The position numbers and the translations under genes are program-made. From Octopus vulgaris (taxonomy: Eukaryota), in NCBI GenBank assembly GCA_951406725.2, contig OX597819.1:55614001-55678000 (forward strand): DNA of 64,000 nt, given 5' to 3'. Of this stretch, positions 50,610-63,300 are shown in pieces. Within the stretch, counting starts at the first letter, position 1, and the number at the start of each line of letters is the position of its first letter. The notes under the pieces are model-generated. The model saw only the letters and a program-made list of their open reading frames with translations. It was not told the origin of the DNA and did no database searches.

Positions 50610-51700
50610 GAAGTGTTTAAACCAATTCCTCCAAGTAATAACATCATCACAGCAGAACAAGTAACTGAGAAGTGAGTTTGAGAATGTACCAAGTAATTGT
50701 TGATAAACAAAACTGTAATGTCAGAGGACTATAGGAACACCTTTGGCTCAAACCTTCACTTGCGGATATTAGAATCCATCTACTTGCTAAAGTTCCAGCA
50801 AGCATAGTCAAAGCCATAGCTGATCTGACTTCCTCATGGGCCACTATCTTGGAAATATATATAAGGAATGATTGCATTATCACTGATAAAATACAGTAGT
50901 GCAGAGGTATATTCCAAGTGGATGGCTTCTCTATGGTGCTGTTCATACTTCCAGTAAACCCCTTATCATTTATGCTGAGGAAATCTCAAAGGTATCTCAC
51001 TAGTTCACAAGGAGATAAAAATAGCAAAATTACACACTGCTTCTTTGAGGATGACTTGAAGCTGTATGTCTGGACTATGCATGAGACAAAAAAGAGCCTT
51101 GAGCATGTTACAACATTCTTAAAGGATATAGAGTTGGAATTTGGTGAGGATAAATGGTCCTGTATCGTTGGAAATGAGAGAAAACTGTAAACCAGATTAG
51201 CAACATCTCCATTAATGACTTGATGACTGATTCTCTTATATCTGATGAGGAATGATACAGGAATCTAGAGTTAGATGAAAATATATCATACGTTGGTATC
51301 TGTAGCAAGAAATATGTCACCAAAGAATAATACAGCTGGGTAAGAAAAATATGGGCCTTGGAAATTTCTGCATTCAATAAAACAGTGGCCCACAATGTGT
51401 TTGCACTACTGATAGTCATATCAATATTTGGGATACTTAATTGGACATTTGATGAGATCTGAGCCATTGATGTGAAAACTCAGAAGATACTGACCAGCAC
51501 AAATGATTTTCACATAAATGTTTATGTAGATCACCCCTACCTAAAATGAAAGCAAGGCAACAGAGGCTTAACATCTATCCAGACTACTTTATATCCCTTT
51601 GGCAACATCTTTTAGCCACCAAGTATTAAAGTGCATCCCTTGACCAAGTTTACATACATAAAGCAGATAACATCAGAAGACTTGAAAAACAGTTGGGCCT
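50610..51700 (+). mobile_element. Decayed R4/Dong-like RT fragment
   Basis: RGIFQ.DG.S.VLFIL.VNPLS and ITH.FF.DDLKLY, DI.LEFG.DK; many stops. Confidence 0.75.
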
Positions 51701-52811
51701 CATGGAAGCAATGAGTCCTTTGGCATTATGTTGTGCTTGAGATGAATATCCATCAAGCCAAGCAAAATTGCAGTCATGGCAGATACCAGTATCATGCAAA
51801 TGACACCCATGCCAGTAGCACGTAAAAACACCCATTACACTCTAGGAGTGGTTGGCATTGGGAAGAGCATCCAGCTATAGAAAACCATGCCAAATCAGGC
51901 TGTAGTCTGGTGCAGCCTTCCAGCTTACCAGCCCTAGTCAAACTGTCCAACCCATGCCAGCATGGACAATGGACATTAAATGATGAGGATAATGATACAT
52001 ACATACATACATATATGTGTGTGTGTGTTCATGTAAGTATATGAAGAGTAGATAGACAGCTGACAACTGATCAAGAGTTCTTTCTCTGCCGACAACTGAT
52101 GAAGGGTCCTTTCTCTGTATTTACATGTCCTGTTTTCCATATTTTTCTTGTTGTTTATGCATTTAACTCGTTTGTTTATGTATTTCATATTGTTTGCACA
52201 ATTGGTGATGTCCTGAACCTCGTGGCCTATGCCAGGGGTGTAACCAGCCCACTTATGCATACCTTTCCTTCATTGGACACTAAACTCTGCTTGCGAAGAC
52301 CTGTTGAGGTAAGTGAAATCGAAATCAAATTCGATGACTAGCATCCATGCTAGTGGAGTGCTAAGAGCACCATCCGAGCATGATCGTTGCCAGAGCAGCT
52401 AACTGGCTTCCATGCCAGTAGCACGTAAAAAGCACCATTTGAGTGTGATCGTTATCAGCGTCGCCTTACTGGCACTTGTGCCAGTGGAATGTGAAAACAC
52501 GTTCGAGCAAGGTCATTACCAGTGCCGCAGGACTGGCTCCTGTGCAGGTGGCATGAAAAAAAACACCATTTGAATGTGGTCGTTGCCATTACCGCCAGAC
52601 TGGCTCTCATGCCGGTGGCACGTAAAAGCACCCACTACACTCTCGGAGTGGTTGGCATTAGGAAGGGCATCCCGCTGTAGAAACTCTGCCAGATCAAGAT
52701 TGGAGCCTGGTGCAGCCATCTAGTATGCCAGTCCTCAGTCAAATCATCCAACCCATTCTAGCATGGAAAGCGGATGTTAAACGATGATGATGATGATATA
52801 TCTATTATTAT

Positions 52812-52870
<59 letters not shown>

Positions 52871-53381
52871 CAGCCTTGATTAAATCAGAAATCAATAACT
52901 TCAATTATTCAGATCTTTAATTAGCCAGAGATGATCCATCAATATTTATAGCTTAAAGATATATCCTGTTCAGCTTATCACAATCTAAAGAAGTCTTGTT
53001 AATTAAGTATGACCAGCCTGAGGGCCGCAAGGCTTATTTTGCATTATTTATTATCAAGCTTATTACTCATGATATTTCCATTGAAACCCAGCAAGATTTA
53101 TGAAGGCCATCAATAATGAATTGTTGTTTCATAGTCTGGTGAATAAAGTTGTTAAAATCTTGGAAATTTCATAAAAAATTGATTTGGATCAGTCAGGGTT
53201 TTTTTTAGTTCTTTTTACTGGGGAAATATATTGCAAAAATAATTAATGCTCTAATTAATTAGGTATTAAATGAAACTATGATAGAATGCTCTACTCTCTC
53301 TCTCCCTGTCTCCCTCTCTTTCATTCTCTCTCTCTCTGTGCCTCTCTCATCATCATTATCCTCATCACTTATCATCATCAC

Positions 53382-53573
53382 TAGCAAAAAGGCCACCCTC
53401 CAGGCAGTTTTCTACTAGCCATTTGATATTTTCACATTTGATTCTCAATTCTAATAATTTTTATGGTATTTTACATTGAATTGCAAAATTCTAATGTGAT
53501 ATTTGAGTAATAATGAAATCAAACCTGGAGTACTTGTGTGTTTATATTACAGAGACAGTGTGTATGTTTATAT

Positions 53574-53580
<7 letters not shown>
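53382..53580 (-). mobile_element. Possible short Helitron-like element
   Basis: a-ctag-ca start with GC-rich patch, ending ttatattagaga. Confidence 0.4.
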
Positions 53581-53635
<55 letters not shown>

Positions 53636-54134
53636 ATTGCAGACAATGAATGAAATAAACATGAAATGAAAAAATCGTATAAATAAAAGCTCGTTAAAAG
53701 CTATCTTGTACTGAATACTGAAATTTGTGAACTTGAAATATTCAATAATAAAAGGAAGTTCAGAAAGTAAATTTTCCTGAAAACTTCAATTTATAAAAAA
53801 TTTCACTTGCTTAGTAATTATTTCTTTCAATAATTTATCGTTGTTGCAATATATCTCTTATTTAAACAAACTTCAAGGTAACACAACTACGTTTAGCATG
53901 CTAGAAATAGCAGCAATCACATAGTTGCAATTATAAGGCTTACAGCATTCCAAACAGCCATACCAACAAAATCACTTCTTAATTTAAAAAAAAAAAATTA
54001 TGCCGGTTTATTAAAAAATTTTCATTTTATCAAAAATATTCATTTAACAGACTCTGGAAACTGATATTATTCTTGAAATTGTGCTTTGTATCATAAACCT
54101 CAAAGTTATACAGCTATTGTGTCTAACAGCATTT

Positions 54135-55054
54135 ATTCTGATTTGGTTTGATTTTGATTTTGACTTTCACTTGCCTCAACGAGTCTTCACAAGTGGAGTT
54201 TTGTGTCCCAAGAAGGAAAGGTATGTATAAGTCGACTGGCTACATACCAGGTAGAGGCTACGGGTTATGGTCTCACTAGTCTTGCCGGGTCTTCTCACGC
54301 ACAGCATACTTCCATAGGTCTCGGTCTCTAGTCATTTCCTTGGTGAGACCTAAAGTTCGAAGGTCGTGCTTCACCACCTCATCCCAGGTTTTCCTGGGTC
54401 TGCCTCTTCCACAGGTTCCCTCAACTGCTAGGGTGTGGCACTTTTGCACACAACTATCTTCAGCCATTCTTGTCACATGACCATACCAGCGCAAACGTCT
54501 CTCTTGCACACCACAACTGATGCTTCTTAGGTCCAACTTTTCTCTCAAGGTACTTACACTCTGTCGATTATGAACACTGACATTACACATCCATCGGAGC
54601 ATACTGGCTTCATTTCTTGCGAGCTTACGCATATCCTCAGCAGTCACAGCCCATGTTTCACTACCATGTAGCATGGCTGTATGTACACATGCATCATACA
54701 GTCTGCCTTTTACTCTGAGCGAGAGGTTTTTTGTCACCAGCAGGGGTAAGAGCTCTCTAAACTTTGCTCAGGCTATTCTTACTCTAGCAGTTACACTTTC
54801 AGCACACCCAGCCCCGCTACTGACTTGGTCACCCAGGTAGTGGAAGCTATCAACTACTTCTAGTTTTTCTCCCTGGAACGTGGTAGAAGTTGGTCTCTGC
54901 ACATTTTCAGTGTTTATTGCTCCTGAGCATCTGCCACAGACAAAAACTATTTTCCTAGTTAGCCTTCCTTTGACATTGCTACACCTCTTATGTGTCCATA
55001 GCTTACACTTGGTGCACCTTATAGAGTTTCTACCTACACCTTTTTTACAGATCG
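54135..55054 (-). mobile_element. RTE-clade LINE fragment, same family, less decayed
   Basis: ORFs 54768-55050 and 54276-54737: DSFHYLG, MLHGSETW, ERRLRWYGHV, GRGRPRKTW. Confidence 0.93.
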
Positions 55055-55612
55055 AAAGCCATGTGTGTGGCAGCAGATTCTTGCCATACCTCCAGAAAGA
55101 GTCAGAAGCACTAGCATAGCTAGTGGTGATGGCTGGTGTGGCCCGCACGGGGTGGCACTTTAAAAGGGGTTCCATTTTGGGGTCTGCGGTAGGCAATATG
55201 TGTTTTTTGTGGGGTCCAGGGACGGTAATTGGAAGGCCTACCCCAGGTGGCACACACTCTAGCTACGCTAATGGTCAGAACTGGTTGACTGAGAATTTCT
55301 ACAAGAATTTCACCAGCCCCAATTTCTGGCCTCCTTATTCCCCTAATTGTAATCCTCGGCTTACTATGTTTGGGTTGCAGTTGGGAAAGACACCAACTGC
55401 TCTGCCTGCAGCACAAAGGCCAAACTGGTGACCAAGAACAAAGAGGTGTTCGAAAATCTTCCAAGGGATGCAGTGAGGAACATATGCATCAGGTTCTGGA
55501 GCTATCTTGAGGCCAAGGTGGAGGCTGATGGCAGCTACTTTGAGAAAACTGTTATCATCCAGCCATAATTTAGTTTATATTGTTTGATATTTTTAAAATA
55601 CTATTATTTTTG
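55055..55612 (+). mobile_element. Third fragment of the same Tc1/mariner family
   Basis: CHTSRKSQ..WLTENF..FTSPNFWPPYSPNCNP and FENLPRDAVRNICIRFWSYLEAKVEADGSYFE; alignable to 7580-8460. Confidence 0.8.
55109..55273. mobile_element. 165-bp hAT-type MITE
   Basis: TIRs cactagcatagctag / ctagctacgctaatg (13 of 15 match); 8-bp TSD gtcagaag / gtcagaac. Confidence 0.8.
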
Positions 55613-55887
55613 AATGGGATACTCTCTTTACTCTTTTACATGTTTCAGTCATTTGACTGTAGCCATGCTGGAGCATCGCCTTTAGTCGAGCAAATCGACC
55701 CCAGGACTTATTCTTTGTAAGCCTAGTACTTATTCTATCGGTCTCTTTTGCCGAACTGCTAAATTATGGGGACATAAACACACCAGCATTGTTGTCAAGC
55801 GAAGTTGGGGGGATAAACACAGACACGCAAACATATACACACACACTCACATGCATATACATATATATATATACAGATATACGACGG

Positions 55888-56032
55888 GCTTCTTTCAATT
55901 TCCGTCTACTAAATCCACTCACAAGGGTTTGGTTGGCCCAAGGCTATAGTAGAAGAGACATGTCTTCTTCTATAGCCTCAGGCTGATCAAAGTCTTGTGA
56001 GTGGATTTGGTAGACGGAAACTGGAAGAAGCC
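55888..56032. repeat. Spacerless foldback of two opposed family A SINE halves
   Basis: About 70-bp arms meeting at gacatgtc (centre 55960/55961). Confidence 0.8.
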
Positions 56033-56136
56033 TGTTTTATTTATATATATATATATATATATATGTAACATATGGTATAATTATAAACCGGGCAAATTTT
56101 AGCCATTTCTCTGCAGACTGGAAAAATGATGAACAA

Positions 56137-56179
56137 CCTTTATTGATTTTTGAACCTTATTGGGTTCTCATCAGAGGGA
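56137..56179 (-). ncRNA. Degenerate hammerhead motif
   Basis: Minus strand: tccct CTGATGA gaacc-caataa-ggttc AAAA atcaa TA aagg; 5-bp stem II intact, GAAA changed to AAAA at a CpG site, stem I imperfect. Confidence 0.5.
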
Positions 56180-57464
56180 TCCTCCCCCACCATTGCAAGT
56201 CCTGGGGTCGATTCCTTTGACTAAAACCCTTTAAGACAGTGCTCCAGCATGGCCACAGTCAAAAGACTGAAGCATAAGCACTGTCCAAACGTGGCAGATT
56301 CCAGCACTGCCTGACTGGCATCCGTGTCGGTGACACGTAAAAGCACCAACCGATCGTGGCTATTTGCCTGGCTGCTCTGGCCCCTGTGCCGGTGGCACGT
56401 AAGAAACACCCACTGCACTCATAGAGTGGTTGGTGTTAGGAAGGGCATCCAGCTGTAGAAGCACTGCCAAATCAGACTAGAGCCTGGTGCAGCCTCTACG
56501 GCTTACCAGACCCCGGTCGAACCGTCCAACCCATGCTAGCATGGAAAACGGACGTTAAATGATGATGATGATGATGATATATATATATATATATATATAT
56601 GTTATTCTTCAACAATATTAGTATTGACAGTGACTTCAAAGTTTTAGCCTGCTAAGCCATCATCAAACTGTGGTACATTTGAGTCCATCTTGGTTTTATG
56701 CAGTCTCTGTTAAGTTAAAATTTTCTGGGTCGGTAGACCTTTACTGAATCATAATTAGGTTGTAGGGTAGGTTAGTATGAAAAGATATTATGGAAGATTT
56801 TTATTGATTAACTTTGGGGTTGTGTTATTTTCAGAATTCAGTCATGTATGTAGAACTTTGTTATTGTATGTGTCTATTTAAGTGTGTCAGCTTCAAGTCT
56901 TGGAGTTATTTTTTAAGGGTCTACAAAAAAATGTAGGTAGGTGAAATGGTTAGCTGGACAGCAGATGCACCAATAGATTAAATTGTTGTTGGTTTTATTT
57001 CTCTGCTAATGGGAAATTTAACCTTTTCTTTTGGGAGTGTGAAGGTTAAAGTTCAAAGTTCAGTCAATTAATTAGACATTTGTAATTAGGTGTGTTTATT
57101 TAGGTGTGCCGACTCTTAGGTCATGGTGCTTTTAAAGATTCAGGAAGGGATATAAGTAGGTAGAAATGTTAGTCGGTCAGCAGATTTCTTAATTGTTGGT
57201 GTTATTTAGGAGATTTAATTTGTTTGTTTTGGGAAGGTGGAGGTTAACAGTGAAGCATGTAAAAATTCAGCATTTAGGTGTGTTTATTAGGGCGTTGACT
57301 TCAGGTCAAGATGTTGTTAACATAGAAATTTGTTTATTTTGTATTTTAGATATAAAGGTTAGTTGGTCAGCAGATTTCTATCTATGATGTTATTTGATTT
57401 TGAAAAAATGTGTGTGTGTTTTTATTTATTTTATATTTATTTATAACTTAACATTATGTACTTT

Positions 57465-57593
57465 ATAATCTCTGATGAAGCCTAGAGAAACACCCAACTC
57501 CCTCAATTTCATTTACTTATTACTTCAGTCTACTTGAGTAATAAAGGTAGAATGAGGTATTTTTGCCTCTTGGCTGAAACAGCTGTAAGTTAT
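57465..57593 (+). ncRNA. Type I hammerhead ribozyme motif with large stem II insertion
   Basis: ataatct CTGATGA(57472-57478) agcc...ggct GAAA(57576-57579) cagctg TA agttat; palindromic stem III acagctgt; stem II continues agag/ctct; GTA triplet, cut after 57587. Confidence 0.75.
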
Positions 57594-57800
57594 TTTCCCA
57601 ATTTATAATCATGTATGTTATATTGTAATAATTACTGGTATCTTTATATATCAATATATTTTATATCTTATTTGTAAAGCATAATATGTTATACATGTAT
57701 ATATATTCTTGTAATTGTCAGTTTAGTAAATAAATAAGTTAACATAATATAATGTCTAAAAGTTGAGGAACCACCTATTGATTCCCTCCATTTTCTCATT

Positions 57801-57896
<96 letters not shown>

Positions 57897-59099
57897 GAAG
57901 GGCATCCAGCTGTAGAAACATTGCCAGATCAGACTGGGCCTGGTGCAGCCTGATGGCTTCCCAGACCCCAGTTGAACCGTCCAACCCATGGAAAGTGGAC
58001 GCTAAACGATGATGATATATATATATATATATGGTTGTTATATATATATATTTTTTTGATAGAATAATAAGTTAGATAGGATGATGTCCATATTACAATA
58101 CTACAATAACCAATAATATGCTGTGCATGAAATTAGCATTAGCTTATCTCGCTCTTTCTCGCGGAACCCCTAGGAACCTTTTGTGGAACTCCGGTTGAGA
58201 AACACTGCTCTAATAGGATGAAGAGCACTCAACTAACATTGTTGTTGATTGAGATATACAACATGAAATTACCAAATATATTTGAAGACAGAGATACCTG
58301 GTTAGCATGGTGAAATGACTCTTGGTTGTGGCTATCTGAAGAAGAAAAAAAATCTGTTAATGTGGTATTATCATGGAATATAGGATTATTATAAAAGAAT
58401 ATTGAATAAGAAAAATGGTGTGATATAAGGATACATAAATGAAAATGAGATTTTGTGGGAAAAGATAAAATTGTATGAGGGTATGTATTATGTATTGTTA
58501 TGAATTTAGTTAATGTTACTCCCTTTTACTTATTTTTACTTATTTCATTTATTTGTCTGTGGCCATGCTGGAGCACTGCCTTTAGTCGAGCAAATCGAAC
58601 CTGGGACTTATTCTTCATAAGCCTAGTACTTATTCTATCAGTCTCTTTTGCCGGACAGCTAAGTTATGAGGACGTAAACACACCAGCATCAGTTATCAAG
58701 TGATGTTGGGGGGACAAACACACAAACATAAACACATATATATACACACATATACGACAGGCTTCTTTCAGTTTTTGTCTACCAAATCCACTTACAAGGC
58801 TTTGGTCGGCCCGAGGCTATAGTAGAAGACACTTGCCCAAGATGCCACACAATGGGACTGAACCTGGAACCATGTGGTTGGTAATGTTAGATATGTAAGA
58901 TTATTATATCATTGAAATCAATTTGGTTCTGATAAAGGTCTGGTAGAATTGAAAATTTGATTTAACGTGTCTCAAGTCTCTGCATAGGTTTAAAATTGGG
59001 ACGTTTTTGTCTGATGTGCTCACAAATCTGCTAGTTTGTCACCTCGTCAACAGTTATGGATCCATGCAAAATAAAGTAATAGTTAAATCAAAAGTAACA

Positions 59100-59500
59100 G
59101 AAACTGTTTAAAATTGTCAAACTAGATGAAAGTTAAAAAACAGGATAGTGATCTAAGTGTAGGTTGCATGAATAATGAATTATAGGAATTAAGTAAAGAG
59201 AAAATATATATGCTGTGAGCCTACATAAAAGGTCATTTGTAAATTGCACAAGCATTTCATATTTGAATAAAGGCAAAATGTAAATTTTATCAAAATATGA
59301 GCTGGAACTAAAGAAACCATCAAATTATTAGTTTAGGCTAATGTAGGATTTGTGAGCTAGTTTAGAAACTGCCAAAAGAAGGAAGAGTGGTCTAATCTAA
59401 CTAAAGGTCATTGATAATTGATTGTAAGATAGGAGGCAAAGGTAAAAAGTTCATGCAAGATAGTAAATGTTAAGGAATATGTGTAAGTGTAAAGTAGGTA
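59100..59500 (+). mobile_element. Possible very decayed PLE GIY-YIG endonuclease fragment
   Basis: Across frameshifts reads ..YI..CEPT.K..L.LHKH.F....K.K...LSKYELELKK.., the HK.SF...LSKY pattern of PLE endonucleases; heavily degraded. Confidence 0.35.
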
Positions 59501-60206
59501 TGTGGGGTAATAAACTAGGTTGGTTAAGAACATGTGTGGTCAGTAAAAAATAGTTGAAACAAGTAGAGATGTAGGAATCATAGATAAATAGTAAACATTT
59601 TAAGGAAGTTATAAAGGGGTATTAAATAGGTTGATAACATATAAGTAGCAGGTAAGAAGCACTTTAAAGAAGGTGTAAGATTTAGTCAATAGAATTCCAT
59701 GATAATACCACATAGGCATAGGAGCAGTTGTGTGATAAGTAGCTTGCTTACCAACCACATGGTTCTGGGTTCAGTCCCACTGCGTGGAATCTTGGGCAAG
59801 TGTCTTCTACTATAGCCTCAGGCCGACCAAAGCCTTGTGAGTGGATTTGGTAGACAGAAACTGAAAGAAGCCCATTGTATATATGTATATGTAAATATGT
59901 GTGTGTGTATGTTTGTGTGTCTGGGTTTGTCCCCCACAACATTGCTTGAGAACCGATGTTGGTGTGTTTACATCCCCATAACTTAGCGGTTTGGCAAAAG
60001 AGATTGATAGAATAAGTACTAGGCTTACAATTTGCTCGACTAAGAGGCGGTGCTCCAGCATGGCCACAGTCAAATGACTGAAACAAGTAAAAGAATAAAG
60101 AGAGAATGAACTAAACACTAAACCTTCCACCTTCTTTAAATCACTTCATAACTGTTACTTGTTTGACCAAGTCAATGAAATTAACTTAATCTTCCATCTT
60201 CTTTAA

Positions 60207-60693
60207 TCCTTTTGATACCATTTTTATTTTGGTATTCACTGCTTCATTTCACATAATTTTGAAAATAATAAAGAATTTAATAAAATAACTGTCATTATTG
60301 TGGTGTATGTAGGAGATTTGAAATAAGGACACCTACCTTCTCTTCGTCGATGCAGACCTCCCCAGTGGTAATGCACCCTTCCACGTGGCCCGACCCGAAC
60401 GCTAAAAATAGCAGCTGCTTTTCCCCTACCTTGACAAAGCGCTCACATGTCCAGCTTTGTCGGCTACCCCGATTGAAAAAGCCCAATGCTTCCCTTGCAC
60501 GCACGTCACTCATGCCCTTTTCTGTTCTGGTCAGCTCCCCAGCTGCTGACGTCATCCCACAATTATCAAAATGGTGTTTGAAGTATAAATCAAAATGAAA
60601 TTTTTATGAAAGGTTTTAATTTAGATTACTTTAAACAGGTTGTTTTGTGTCATAGAACCAAGAGTGATCTCAGGTGGTTTTGTGTCAAAAGGG
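60207..60693. mobile_element. piggyBac-type MITE related to 49366-49587, carrying an insertion
   Basis: ttaa|tccttttgatac ... gtgtcaaaaggg|ttaa; internal sequence alignable to the 49.4-kb copy on either side of 60299-60561. Confidence 0.72.
60299..60561. mobile_element. Probable solo LTR (263 bp)
   Basis: Starts tgtgg, ends ccaca; 5-bp TSD attat on both sides; GC/CpG-richer than flanks. Confidence 0.72.
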
Positions 60694-61569
60694 TTAAATT
60701 TCTTCTTACCTATTACTCGTAGGACTAAGGAAATAAAATTAACATAGTTATCCACCCTTTTTAAAGTACTCCAACCTGCTACCTGTTGGATTAAATTAGC
60801 AAAATGAATATATTCTAAAGCAAATGGTATAATTAATATTTAGGGGTAGAATGGTGGTGAGCTGGCAGAAACTTTAGCATGCCGAGCGAAATGCTCAGTG
60901 GTATTCCATCTGTCTTTACATTCTGAGTTCAAATTCTGCTGAGGTCAACTTTGCCTTTCATCCTTTCAGGGTCGATAAATTAAGTACCAGTTGCCCCCTT
61001 CCCAAAAATTTTGAGTTGTGTGCCTAGAGTAGAAAAAATATTTTAAGGTGGCGAGCTGGAAGAAACGTTAGCACGCCAGGTGAAATGCTGAGCAGTATTT
61101 TGTCCATCTTTATGTTCTGAGTTCATATTCTGCTGAAGTCAACTTTGCCTTTCACCCTTTCAGGGTTGATAAATTAAGTATCAGTTGCACACTGGGGTCG
61201 ATCTATTGAACTAGCCCCCTCCCCCAAAGTTTCAGGCTTTGTGCCTAGAGTAGAAAAGAATATTTAGGGATAGAACTCAAATAGTGACTAAGTTGTGTTT
61301 ATTTCCATCGTCTGAGCTTCCAAATATCTCGAACAATGACCTCAACTTTATATTTTCATCCACTTGAGTTTGACAGAAAGGCAGAGATTAAAAGATGCAC
61401 GTTCGAAGCTGCTATTATGAATAGGAATTCCATTGCTTCTAAGCTTGGAAACTTGTATAATGGATAACTCCGACTGCATCATCATCATCACCATCATTGC
61501 CATCACCATCATCATCATTGCCATCATCACCATCATCATCATCTTCGTTTAACATCCGTTTTCCATTCA

Positions 61570-62290
61570 AGCCAAGCGGTATACCACACTCTTCAGTGAT
61601 TATACCTCCATTATTCAAGTAGATCCTGCAGCATAGAAGACAACTTATACACTCATTGCATCTCCTCATGTGGAGTACCTTTGAAGTTGACAAGATCATT
61701 CTTGGTGATTTCAATGACAGAGCAGGTAAGAATTAAGAAGCCTGGAAAGGAGTCCTTGGAAAACACTGCATTGGAAACTGCAATGGTATGAGGTGAGTTT
61801 TGCTCATGTTTTTTCTGTAGCAGCAATTCACCAACACCAACATCCAGCAGAAAGATAGTCTGAATGCATTCTCAGTCCAAGTATTATCACCCCAGAAACT
61901 ACATTTTGGTGTGATAGAAACCCATCCAAGTAATACTCTGTACAGAGTTTCATATGAACTATTAGTCAAGTCTGCTGTAAACTCAATCTCCATTCCAAAC
62001 TGAAGCCAAAAAGAGGAGGAATTCTAGAGATGTTTCAAGCTGCCAATATACAGTCTGACGAAGTGAAAGCAATTGTCCAGTAGGATGTTCAGATGGTACT
62101 TGAGGATTCCAGCTTCCAAAGGGATCCTTTCAATAAGTGTTGTGGGAACACCTAAAATATTCAATCTGCAATCCTCTGTAAAAAGTCCCAATGTCTCCCT
62201 AGAAAAAAAAAAGAATAAGGGCTGATTTGATGAAAACAACCAAGAAATGCAGTAATTGTTGGTTGAAAGAAACCTACTTCATCAGATACA
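61570..62290 (+). mobile_element. Decayed RTE/BovB-like APE endonuclease and linker fragment
   Basis: DKIILGDFN.R.G...WKGVLGKH.IGNCN, later degraded WFDEN-like segment. Confidence 0.65.
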
Positions 62291-62949
62291 GCTTATCCTG
62301 GCTAGAATTATCAGCCAAATCTCCTTCAAATCACACACTACACTCCTAATAGAAGAAAAACACATTTCTTTCATAGGTTTGAACTACAAAATTCAGTAAA
62401 GGCTTATTAGTTATAGATATTATGGGCTTCTTCACAATTGCCAGTCATTAAATTTCCTCACACAAAGTGACTAAACCATACACCCATATCCTTGACAGGA
62501 GAACATGACTGTTAGAAAAAGTGGCCTGCTCCCTCAGGTCCAACATACATATTATTTTATATTGCTGATGCTAAGCAATTTTGAGTATTATGTGTAATGA
62601 TAATAAATGAATATGTAAAAGGATATTGCAAAATTCTCATGAAAATTGCATCATAAAGTAAGCATCTAATCAAAAGGGTGTTTAATGTTTACTTACAGTA
62701 AATCCCATTGATCATTAAACGTTTACTATCCAGTTATAAAAACTTGTGGCAATTTGCCATTCATTACGTATGAGATAATCTAAGATTGAGCATGACGAAA
62801 AACTGACTTTCAGATCTATACAACACACACACATTTATATGCATACATACCTTTATATATATATGCATATACATAAATACATACATACATATATATATAT
62901 ATGTGTGTATGTATATAGATGCATGTTTGTATGTATGTATATATATATA

Positions 62950-62953
62950 TAAT

Positions 62954-63008
<55 letters not shown>

Positions 63009-63300
63009 ATTGATATATATATATATATAAATTATATATATATATAATTGATATATATAATTTATATAAATATATATATATAATTGATATATATATTTAT
63101 ATAAATTATATATATATATAATTGATATATATATTTATATAAATTATATATATATATAATTGATATATATATTTATATAAATTATATATATATATAATTG
63201 ATATATATATTTATATAAATTATATATATATATAATTGATATATATATTTATATAAATTATATATATATATAATTGATATATATATTTATATAAATTATA
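62950..63300. repeat. AT-rich minisatellite, ~38-bp unit
   Basis: Repeated tatatatatatataattgatatatatatttatataaat. Confidence 0.85.

Noticed and set aside
52060-52120. Duplicated gacaactgat(g/c)aag with a small hairpin
   Set aside because: No GAAA-stem III-TH follows; at best half a motif.
62055-62082. CTGACGA..GAAA..TC
   Set aside because: No room for stem II, no stem I, and it lies in LINE coding remnant; the same applies to CTGATGA at 12954, 26058 and 51242.
62950-63300. Regular ~38-bp repeats as a CRISPR-like array
   Set aside because: No unique spacers; AT-only eukaryotic minisatellite.
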